Positions 5,033 to 12,640 of a DNA stretch of 35,229 bases are shown one piece after another; within the stretch, counting starts at the first letter, position 1, and each line of letters begins with the position of its first letter. The stretch is from a virus (Duplodnaviria > Caudoviricetes). The notes beneath the pieces are model-generated. The model was not told the DNA's origin. It did no database searches and saw only the letters and a program-made list of their open reading frames with translations. The position numbers and the translations under genes are program-made. The stretch covers positions 1 through 35,229 of IMG/VR virus record IMGVR_UViG_3300012942_000091, one strand, 5' to 3'.

Positions 5033-5880
5033 CAGGCCAGAGCCCGCTGTCCGGTGCCGATAGCGGCACGCGATCCCAGGTTGGCCCGTCGTCCGGCGGC
5101 ATCTCCAGCACTGGCAGCTCCGCGCGACCGGGATCCGGCCTGGCTGCCACGCCAGGTGCCACGAGCCGTGCTGGTTGCCTTGTAGAACTCCTTGACCTCG
5201 ACCTCGGTGGCCCTGATAGCCAGAGCAGCAGAAGTGCAGCCAGAGGCCTCTTGACCGTCCAGGAAGGCCTGCTCTGCCTCCAGCGCATCGGCATCGATGG
5301 CCTCCGTTTCGGCAGCCTGCTTAGCCTCCAGCAGACGCTGATACACGCGCCTGGCGAAGGCCTCCTGGAAGTTGATCCGGGCAGTCCGACCCGATACCGG
5401 AAACTCTCCCCAGTCCCGGTAGGTTCCCCACGATGTGTGATGAGTGCCGACCCGCCATACAGTCTCGTTCTTGTACTCCGCCTTGCGGATGTAGGCATCG
5501 GACTCGCGCACCATCTGAGACAGCACCGATGCGTAGATCGCCTCGGTCAGGTCGATGTCCTCAGCAAAGCCGAAAGCGAAGACCGCAGTGGAGTTACCGG
5601 CCACGTTGAACTTGACGTTATTGGCCTCACCGATCTTCATGAACAGGTCCGCGTAGGTGCCCAGGCCCTTCTTGCCCGCGTCTCCGATGGTGATCACGCG
5701 CTGGATCGGGGTCTGGCGGCGCTCCTTCTCGGCGGTATGCGCACGAGCCTTCGCCAGGTCGATCGAATACAGCGTGGAGAGCCGCTGAGCGGCCTGCAGG
5801 AAGGCTTCGGCCTCAGCTTCGTTGTTCGTGGTCTCGGCCTTGCGGAGCAGCTTCGAGATCTTGGCGAGTTGGTCTGACAC
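5032..5880 (-). CDS. DUF2786 domain protein (Rv0184-like)
   Basis: N-terminal KISKLLRKAE.T.N..EAEAF...AQRL and C-terminal AG.AAGRRA.LG, typical of the family. Confidence 0.85.
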   Translation of the reverse strand: MSDQLAKISKLLRKAETTNNEAEAEAFLQAAQRLSTLYSIDLAKARAHTAEKERRQTPIQRVITIGDAGKKGLGTYADLFMKIGEANNVKFNVAGNSTAVFAFGFAEDIDLTEAIYASVLSQMVRESDAYIRKAEYKNETVWRVGTHHTSWGTYRDWGEFPVSGRTARINFQEAFARRVYQRLLEAKQAAETEAIDADALEAEQAFLDGQEASGCTSAALAIRATEVEVKEFYKATSTARGTWRGSQAGSRSRGAASAGDAAGRRANLGSRAAIGTGQRALA

Positions 5881-5927
5881 TGTCGTCTCCCGGTAGTCGG
5901 AGTCGGGTCGGTGGAACTTGCTCCATC

Positions 5928-5957
5928 ATCCTATCATGCAAAAGATAAGATGCGCAA
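5928..5957 (-). promoter_or_regulatory. Leftward promoter of a divergent pair
   Basis: TTGCGC, 18 nt spacer (contains TATCTTTTG, ends TGA), TAGGAT. Confidence 0.7.
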
Positions 5958-6000
5958 GGATCGGCGTTTTCGCAGGTCAACAGCCGTTTTGCGGGAAGGC

Positions 6001-6029
6001 TTGCGTCTATCTTTTAGGCATGATAGACT
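6001..6029 (+). promoter_or_regulatory. Rightward promoter of a divergent pair
   Basis: TTGCGT, 17 nt spacer (contains CTATCTTTTAG, ends TGA), TAGACT. Confidence 0.7.
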
Positions 6030-6069
6030 TGTCATGCAAGGTTCGGAAGATCCCTTCGAGGAGGTTGTC

Positions 6070-6366
6070 ATGACCACCACCATCGAGCTGGCCCGAGACA
6101 AGGGCTGGGGCACGCGGACTCTGATCCGTGTCGAGAACACCCCCGAAGCTGAGGCGGCAGTGTTGGACTACCTGCACCGCGTCTGCCCGGACGACTGGAA
6201 GCTCGGAGACAACTACCACGTTCCGACCGTGCTGGAAGACCAGACGGACGGTGATATGGGTCAGGAGCTGTACGACTACTTCTACCCCACCTGCGAGCAC
6301 GGCCTGAGCGCCGCCCTGTGCGTCGGTCCCGGCCACTACCCCACCGACAAGCAGTTGGGATACTGA
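6070..6366 (+). CDS. Hypothetical protein with C-terminal CEHG..C...H motif
   Basis: GGAGG RBS before ATG 6070, GC-rich third codon positions. Confidence 0.8.
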   Translation: MTTTIELARDKGWGTRTLIRVENTPEAEAAVLDYLHRVCPDDWKLGDNYHVPTVLEDQTDGDMGQELYDYFYPTCEHGLSAALCVGPGHYPTDKQLGY

Positions 6367-6368
6367 TC

Positions 6369-6653
6369 ATGCCCACCGTCATTCCGCCCGTGATCGACCG
6401 CTACTTCCACGACCATCCCATGATCAAGGCCATGATCAACAACGGCAACCGATGGCCAGCCAACCCGAAGGTCGTCCGAGAGTTCACGCCCGGCAAGGGC
6501 TGGCAGCCAGCCGAGTGGAACAAGCGTGTCAGCTTCAATCACATCCGCAAGCTGCAGCGCAAGGGCGTGACCGCCGTGGCGGTGATCGTACCCGGACCAG
6601 ACACTCCAGGACCTGCCGACTTCACGATCAAGGAGATCTTGAACGACAAGTAG
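6369..6653 (+). CDS. Hypothetical protein
   Basis: ATG 2 nt after the upstream stop, GC-rich third codon positions. Confidence 0.8.
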   Translation: MPTVIPPVIDRYFHDHPMIKAMINNGNRWPANPKVVREFTPGKGWQPAEWNKRVSFNHIRKLQRKGVTAVAVIVPGPDTPGPADFTIKEILNDK

Positions 6654-6656
6654 GTA

Positions 6657-6686
6657 TGTACAAGACAGCGATGTGCATGGTATAAT
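6657..6686 (+). promoter_or_regulatory. Extended -10 promoter
   Basis: GCATGG-TATAAT with a weak -35 (TGTACA) 18 nt upstream. Confidence 0.65.
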
Positions 6687-6724
6687 AGTAGTGTCATCCT
6701 CCCTTCTACCACGAGGAGCGCGTC

Positions 6725-7363
6725 ATGCGTTTTGACCCCGTCGCCCGGACCCTGACCCTGGAGCCTACCGACTGTCGCGTCTGCGCGAACGGTGCGGCCG
6801 GACCCGGTCGTCAGTTCGGACGCAAGACCTGTGCCGTCTGCAAGGGTACCGGCGCGGGCAAGCGCGGCAAGCCTCGGGGGTGCCAGAACTGCTTCGGCAG
6901 GGGTCTGGACATCGACTTCGAGACCACCGTCCCGTGCGAGGTCTGCAAGGGCGAGTACCAGAACTTCTCGGATGAGAACTGGTGCGACTCGGTTCCGGCG
7001 GACACCTTCGATGACGTCAAGGTTATCGTGGTGCGGCAGGACCGGACCGGTACCTTCAACGAGGGCTTCCTGGGCGCCAACTGCTTCTGGTCGACCACCG
7101 ACTACGGCGCCCAGTGGGAAAGGCCGGAGGAGGATGACGAGCTGGCTCGGCAGGTGCACCAGGAGCTGTGCGACAGCCGGGTGCAGGCCGTGAAGCTCTG
7201 GACTCGCGAGCAGTACCGCGAGGGCCACGACAAGACCACCATGCCGGTGCCGGACACCGTGTACGTCACCGTGCACCGCACGGGCTACTCGGTCCGGCCG
7301 CAGGTCGCGAACGTCACCGGGGCCGTCCCCACCAACACCTACGCCGCGATGTTCGAGGAGTGA
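6725..7363 (+). CDS. Protein with DnaJ-like CxxCxGxG zinc-finger repeats
   Basis: CRVC, CAVCKGTG, CQNCFGRG, CEVCKG. GAGGAG RBS. No J domain. Confidence 0.85.
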   Translation: MRFDPVARTLTLEPTDCRVCANGAAGPGRQFGRKTCAVCKGTGAGKRGKPRGCQNCFGRGLDIDFETTVPCEVCKGEYQNFSDENWCDSVPADTFDDVKVIVVRQDRTGTFNEGFLGANCFWSTTDYGAQWERPEEDDELARQVHQELCDSRVQAVKLWTREQYREGHDKTTMPVPDTVYVTVHRTGYSVRPQVANVTGAVPTNTYAAMFEE

Positions 7364-7365
7364 TC

Positions 7366-7650
7366 ATGACCGACGCACCGCTGACCCTGACCGACGTGCT
7401 GTCCCTGGCGCAGCTCGATGGAGCCATGGGCAAACACATCATTTGGCTGGATAACGGCAGAGACTCCGAACTTCAGGGAACCCTGCGGCACTTCTGCGCT
7501 GAGGACGGCAGCTCCGGCTACGTTCACCCCGGCCAGGACATCCGTGACACCTTCGTGAGAATCACTACGGACATGGGATGGGAGATCTGGCGCCCCACCA
7601 TGCAGATGGCCAAGAACTTCCACGACGGGAAGGCGATGGTGGATCGCTAA
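7366..7650 (+). CDS. Hypothetical protein
   Basis: GAGGAG RBS, tight operon packing. Confidence 0.8.
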   Translation: MTDAPLTLTDVLSLAQLDGAMGKHIIWLDNGRDSELQGTLRHFCAEDGSSGYVHPGQDIRDTFVRITTDMGWEIWRPTMQMAKNFHDGKAMVDR

Positions 7651-7835
7651 TGGACACCATATCCTCGCACATCCCGTTCGTGATCTACGATCAGGCGGCA
7701 CGCCGATACACGGCGTGTTGCCCTTGCGGCAAGCTGGAGGGAGAGCGTAACTTCCGTCGTCAGGACGAGGCGTACACGGTCGCATGGGTACATGTGATCC
7801 GGACGCCCAACCACCAATGGGAGGAGCCGCAGTGA
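7650..7835 (+). CDS. Small H..CPCG..H protein
   Basis: TAATG translational coupling. Confidence 0.7.
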   Translation: MDTISSHIPFVIYDQAARRYTACCPCGKLEGERNFRRQDEAYTVAWVHVIRTPNHQWEEPQ

Positions 7836-8062
7836 AGGGCAGCATCGTGATCACGCACTACGGGACGATCGTCTCGCCGGGGGATGTCTTCATGCACTCA
7901 GGAGAGTTCCTGAGGCTGGTGTATGCCGACACGTCGCAGGTCACGATGCGCCAAAGCCCTTTCGACCAGAGCCGGGAGGACAACCACTACGTCCGCGTGT
8001 CCGTCCAGGAGGCTCTGGACCAATACGGGATCCGGGTGACGGCACATCCCGAGGGCGTGTGA
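7832..8062 (+). CDS. Hypothetical protein
   Basis: GGAGGAG RBS, GTGA coupling. Confidence 0.75.
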   Translation: MKGSIVITHYGTIVSPGDVFMHSGEFLRLVYADTSQVTMRQSPFDQSREDNHYVRVSVQEALDQYGIRVTAHPEGV

Positions 8063-8064
8063 CC

Positions 8065-8268
8065 TCAGGAGATCGGCACCCACTCCTTGCTGAAAAGACC
8101 TACCACGATGTCGATGTCGAGCCCCTGAACGAAATCGGCCCAATCCTCCGGGCAGAAGAACACCTTCTTGTCGGACCCTATCTTGAGTCGGATGCCGCCG
8201 CTTTTCATCTTCTTGTTGCAAACGTCGCAGCGCTTCTTGGTGTACTTGTCGTCAGAGGTACTGCTCAT
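8065..8268 (-). CDS. Small putative zinc-binding protein
   Basis: CDVC...FFC motif. Start uncertain (8268 or 8298). Confidence 0.65.
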   Translation of the reverse strand: MSSTSDDKYTKKRCDVCNKKMKSGGIRLKIGSDKKVFFCPEDWADFVQGLDIDIVVGLFSKEWVPIS

Positions 8269-9487
8269 CGGTCCATCTGCTTTCCTTGGTGATGACACCG
8301 GACAGCATTCCTGGCGCGGTGACGGTTCCGGAATAGGTCACGAAGTACGGCGATCCGCCGTCCAGCGTGCGGGTCTGGATCCACTTGCACGATCCCCAGT
8401 CGGTGGTGGCTTCGTGGTGGAAGTGATGTGTGATCAGGAGATCGCTATCGCCAATCGGCTGACGTCCGGCAGCCTGGTGCGAGAACCAGTTGTAGGCCTT
8501 GCGCTCTGCGTTCTGGCCGCTTCCCTTGGCAAACACATGGCCATGGGTGGTACCCACGATCCAGCCGTTGACCTCCATGGTCTTGGCGAGCTGGTCGGTG
8601 GCGATGTTGAACCCGACATGAGATAGACGCGGGTCTCGCTCGGCCGCAACGGCAGCATGCTCAAACACCGCACAGTCGTCGTTGTCATGCAGGTTGACAC
8701 GGTTACCATTGATTCGATGCTCGCCGTGGTTCCCGCCGACCACCATGACGTCCACCCGCGCGAACAGGGGGGCCAGACGGTCCAGTCCTGCCAGGATGAG
8801 ATCCCTGGCGATATTGACCTGGCCACGACGGTCCTGGTCGATCTGATAGGCCTGGTGCGGGAATACCGCGCAGTTCTCGATCATGTCTCCGCCACCGATG
8901 ATGACGAGCTGACCAAGATCACGATTTATTTTTCGGAGGTCCTTAGCCCTGGAGACCGCACCCTCGATGGCTCGGTCAAACCGCTCTACGATCTGCTGGG
9001 TGCCCTCGCCCTGGGTCAGCCACTTACCGACCTGCCAGTCATTCCAGGACAGTAGGAAGGCAGCAGGGCCGGAGTAAGAGGGCTGAATGCGGTCACGATT
9101 CTTGCGAAGCTGCTTGAGCTTGACGAACACCTCGGCACTGATGGACTCCTCGGTGCCGAAGTATTCCACCGCGAACTTGTATCGCCACACCGGTCGAGTG
9201 ACGGCATCCTGCCCCTGCTCATCCCGATGCCATGCGGCGGGGTCATACTTGGCCTCTACCAGGCGAAGCCGATATCCATCAGGAATCGGCACACCCATCT
9301 TGGCCACAGCGTTGTCCCAGTCTTCCTGGGTGGGCAGGTGCGGCATGACGTCGGTGATAACCTCGGTCGGAATGCCGCTGTTGTCGAACTTGACGCCCGG
9401 CTCGAACCCCTTGGGGTGAGCATTCTTTCGGCCACGCTGGGCATCACCCAGATCTCTTGCGGCGCTCAGCTTCTCATACAAGCTCAT
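8252..9487 (-). CDS. Calcineurin-like metallophosphoesterase (Mre11/SbcD-like nuclease fold)
   Basis: Ordered motifs NDWQ, GGD, GNHG, HGH and HHFH. Confidence 0.88.
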   Translation of the reverse strand: MSLYEKLSAARDLGDAQRGRKNAHPKGFEPGVKFDNSGIPTEVITDVMPHLPTQEDWDNAVAKMGVPIPDGYRLRLVEAKYDPAAWHRDEQGQDAVTRPVWRYKFAVEYFGTEESISAEVFVKLKQLRKNRDRIQPSYSGPAAFLLSWNDWQVGKWLTQGEGTQQIVERFDRAIEGAVSRAKDLRKINRDLGQLVIIGGGDMIENCAVFPHQAYQIDQDRRGQVNIARDLILAGLDRLAPLFARVDVMVVGGNHGEHRINGNRVNLHDNDDCAVFEHAAVAAERDPRLSHVGFNIATDQLAKTMEVNGWIVGTTHGHVFAKGSGQNAERKAYNWFSHQAAGRQPIGDSDLLITHHFHHEATTDWGSCKWIQTRTLDGGSPYFVTYSGTVTAPGMLSGVITKESRWTDEQYL

Positions 9488-9535
9488 CGGCTATATCCAG
9501 CCTTCCTATTGTGGGAGCTGGAGGGTTGCGATATA

Positions 9536-9787
9536 TCAACGATCGCCACCGACGAAGCACTTGCAGCCCTTGGCCGCATGTTCCTTGACGTGCCAAAAAG
9601 CGACATCGTATCCATCGTCAAGCAGAACCTGGAAAATATTCCTGACGGTCACCGAACGGTTGGAGAACACTGTCTCCAGAGCTTCCCGATCTTCGGCAGT
9701 CATGGAATCCATGGCAATGCGCACAGCGCAACCGGAGTGACGAATCTTATCCTTCGTCACTTCCGACAGTTTCTCCGCCATTCCCAC
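9536..9787 (-). CDS. Small zinc-binding, possibly DNA-binding, protein
   Basis: C...H....CKC motif. GGAGG RBS upstream. Confidence 0.75.
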   Translation of the reverse strand: MGMAEKLSEVTKDKIRHSGCAVRIAMDSMTAEDREALETVFSNRSVTVRNIFQVLLDDGYDVAFWHVKEHAAKGCKCFVGGDR

Positions 9788-9864
9788 TCTGCTACCTCCA
9801 GCTATTACGCCATCAAACCGACGTTGGTAACAGCAAATGTAGCAGATATGGTTGAAAAAGATAC

Positions 9865-10206
9865 CTAGGAGAGACCCTCGTCGGCCTCGCCACGGTGAGA
9901 TGCGCTGGCAGCAGCCTTGCGCTGATGCTCAAGGACCAGGGCGGACTGGAACAGGACCAGGTGCCGTGCGAACCACGGAAGCTCCTCGTAGAACTGCGCC
10001 CCGGCATCGAAATGTGACACCAGGAGCAAGAAGGCATTGGCAAGCTGATCCGGACTGTAGATCAGCTCAGGCTCGAAATCCTTGATGTCTCCGCCGTCAT
10101 CGAAGTGCTTCGCCAGCGACTCTACCAGGGCCATGGTCTCCTGATCACGCTTGCCGGTGGCCGACTGCAGGATCGAGGTGCGATCTTGGACATTCTTCCA
10201 CTGCAT
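9865..10206 (-). CDS. Hypothetical protein
   Basis: GAGG RBS, 113 aa ORF. Confidence 0.75.
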   Translation of the reverse strand: MQWKNVQDRTSILQSATGKRDQETMALVESLAKHFDDGGDIKDFEPELIYSPDQLANAFLLLVSHFDAGAQFYEELPWFARHLVLFQSALVLEHQRKAAASASHRGEADEGLS

Positions 10207-10315
10207 GCGCCACCTCTGTCCGTTTCGCGAAGGTCGATTCCGGAGACAAGACTAAGTCTATCTCTTATCTATTAATTAAGTATACCAGAATCTAAGAATA
10301 GTATATAAGAGAATA

Positions 10316-10338
10316 GATCGACCCCTTCGGGGTCGATC
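10316..10338. other. Perfect GC-rich hairpin next to an AT-rich tract
   Basis: GATCGACCC-CTTCG-GGGTCGATC. Confidence 0.6.
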
Positions 10339-10516
10339 ATTGGGGGGAGAGAGACTTTCGCCTGACGGCGGTAACTCTTGGCAGCCACGTCAGGATCTGA
10401 ACCTACTACACGCCTGGAAACACGCAACAATGTTGCAGAAATCTATCTTTTAGCGCAACGAATCGATGGTCATGGAATGGGGAGACGAGACCTCAGGTTA
10501 TAGCTCGAAAAAACCT

Positions 10517-12322
10517 TCAGGATCCGAACAGGATCTTGCGCAGATCCTCACCCTGCGGCTCAGTTCTGCTAAGCTCTTCGGTGGACCCCTGGACAGAGGC
10601 TGCCAGGAGACGTCTTTCGTTGTTGATCCGCCAGATCCTCTCCTCGACGGTTCCCTCGTTGTACAGTCCGTAGCAGGTCAGTCCGTCCAGGTAGGAGTCT
10701 GCCCGGTCGATACGGGAGTTTCGCTGCATCAGCTTGTCGTAGGAGTAGGGGATCTCGTAGTTGATCACATACCTTGCCTGCTGGAAAGAGAGTCCATGGG
10801 ATCCGGCATCGGAAGAAAGAAAAACAGTGATCTTGGAATCCGACCGGAACCTGTCCTGAGCTTCTTGAGCCTCGGACGGAGACTGACCTCCATGGTGCAG
10901 GACGTACTTGATCTTCCTGGCGTCTAGCTGCTTGGCTATCAGAAACAGGCCCAGATTCGTCAGCTCAGTGAACATGACGACCTTCTCGCCCTCATCCCGG
11001 ATGTCTTCCACCAGCTCCATGGCTGTCTTCATCTTGTTGGATGTTTTGGAGGTCAGTTGCTCCGGCATAGCCTCACAGATGATCTTGGCGATCTCCGATT
11101 CGGAGTATTGTAGAGATTCGGCGGTGTTGCACAGGTACCTCAGGGTGCGGTAGTACTGTCCCCAGTTGTGTGGATTGTCGTTACCGCCAGCTTCCTGAAT
11201 CATGTCGTAAAGATCCCGGTCCTCGTCGGACATGGTGATCGGAACGGGGATGAACTCAAGATCCTTGAAAAGCTCTCGGACCCCTGGATCGGTCTTGCGA
11301 ACGACGTGAGTCAGAGGTGCGATTCGGTGCTTGACCTCTTGGAGCTTGCGAGGAGACCAGATGTAGCGAATGTCGGTACCCCACGGAGTCTGGATCAGGT
11401 CCTGGCGGGCGCTGTAGTCGTCTCTGAAGGACGAAAGGTTGCCCAGCGGGTTCTTACCCACAGGGAGGTCGAAAAGCCGCCAGAATCGCTCTGGATCGCT
11501 GTCTATGACGGTGGCGGACATTGGCCACACCCACGGGTGCTTGACCTCGCGTATGAGCGCCCTGAGGCCCTTCCCGGCACGGTTGGGGGAGCCATCCACG
11601 AATCGCAGGACCTTCTGGACCTCATCGAGCACCAGCAGCACTCGTAGGCCCTTGATGCGGTCCTTGAGGATCTCGTAGTCGTGGTCTGCCTTCTCGTAGT
11701 TGAGAACGTAGACCTGGGCATCCCGCAGGCCGAACTCGGCGCGACGCTTGTTCTTGGCTCCGTCGATCACCTTGGCGGTGAGACCGGTTCGATCATTGAT
11801 CTCCCGGCACAGGTTGATCTTGTTCTTGGTGATGGTGAACATGAGGGCGACGTCTATCTCGCCCCTGTTGAACAGCTCCTGTGCCCCGGCAGCGGCCTGT
11901 AGCCCCTTACCACATCCGGTGGCATGGTTGAAGAAGAAGAAGCGGCCTGGTGCGTCCAGAGCCTTGCGAAGAGCGTACTGCTGGTACGGGAACAGCGCTC
12001 CTGGCTTCCCGTTGTACTCCGGGATGTTCAGGCCCGAAATATCGAGAGGCTTGGACCACTCCTCAAAGCTGCCCAGGATCTTCTGCCCTCTGGGTAGGAC
12101 ATATACCGTCCACCCATCCGATTCCAGTTGAGAGCAAAGCTCTTTCCACATACCCGTCTCCGTCAGCACGGAGAAGCGGGACAGATATTCGGAATACTGC
12201 CGTATGAGAGCTTCCTGGTCCTCGGCAAGGACGGCCAGTTGGGAGGGATACCGATCTGCCTCGTCCACCGCTACGAACTTGGTGGAGAGGTCAACCTCGG
12301 ATGGGGAGTCGATATATCTCAT
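10517..12322 (-). CDS. SNF2-family helicase/translocase
   Basis: PYQ, TGCGKG (Walker A), LDEVQ (Walker B), SAT, GLSFQQA and QR.SRIDR motifs. Confidence 0.93.
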   Translation of the reverse strand: MRYIDSPSEVDLSTKFVAVDEADRYPSQLAVLAEDQEALIRQYSEYLSRFSVLTETGMWKELCSQLESDGWTVYVLPRGQKILGSFEEWSKPLDISGLNIPEYNGKPGALFPYQQYALRKALDAPGRFFFFNHATGCGKGLQAAAGAQELFNRGEIDVALMFTITKNKINLCREINDRTGLTAKVIDGAKNKRRAEFGLRDAQVYVLNYEKADHDYEILKDRIKGLRVLLVLDEVQKVLRFVDGSPNRAGKGLRALIREVKHPWVWPMSATVIDSDPERFWRLFDLPVGKNPLGNLSSFRDDYSARQDLIQTPWGTDIRYIWSPRKLQEVKHRIAPLTHVVRKTDPGVRELFKDLEFIPVPITMSDEDRDLYDMIQEAGGNDNPHNWGQYYRTLRYLCNTAESLQYSESEIAKIICEAMPEQLTSKTSNKMKTAMELVEDIRDEGEKVVMFTELTNLGLFLIAKQLDARKIKYVLHHGGQSPSEAQEAQDRFRSDSKITVFLSSDAGSHGLSFQQARYVINYEIPYSYDKLMQRNSRIDRADSYLDGLTCYGLYNEGTVEERIWRINNERRLLAASVQGSTEELSRTEPQGEDLRKILFGS

Positions 12323-12385
12323 GGGCCTTCATCTATTATAGCCTATAAATGTAGATTTATAGGTCATAAGTGCCCATTAATTAAA

Positions 12386-12622
12386 TCAGGCTGTTGCCCA
12401 CTCGAAGTCACCGTCGTCATCGCTCTTCTTGGTGAGCTGCTGACCGGTGGTTCCACCCCCAGGAACCTTGTAGGTCTCAGGATGGTTTGAAACGAAAGGA
12501 GTTGGTGCAGTCGCTAGGCTTCCGTCGTCGTTGCGAATGCTGCAGTTAGCCGCCTGCTGATCACCCTGCCCGGCTCCGGGCGTGGTGGTGTCTATCGTGC
12601 CGCTGTATGCTATGTATGACAT
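12386..12622 (-). CDS. Small virion-associated protein
   Basis: PGGGTTGQQLTKKS..DGDFEW motif, of the kind seen in tail-fibre-associated proteins. AAGGA RBS. Confidence 0.7.
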   Translation of the reverse strand: MSYIAYSGTIDTTTPGAGQGDQQAANCSIRNDDGSLATAPTPFVSNHPETYKVPGGGTTGQQLTKKSDDDGDFEWATA

Positions 12623-12640
12623 GTGCCGTCCTTAGGATTG

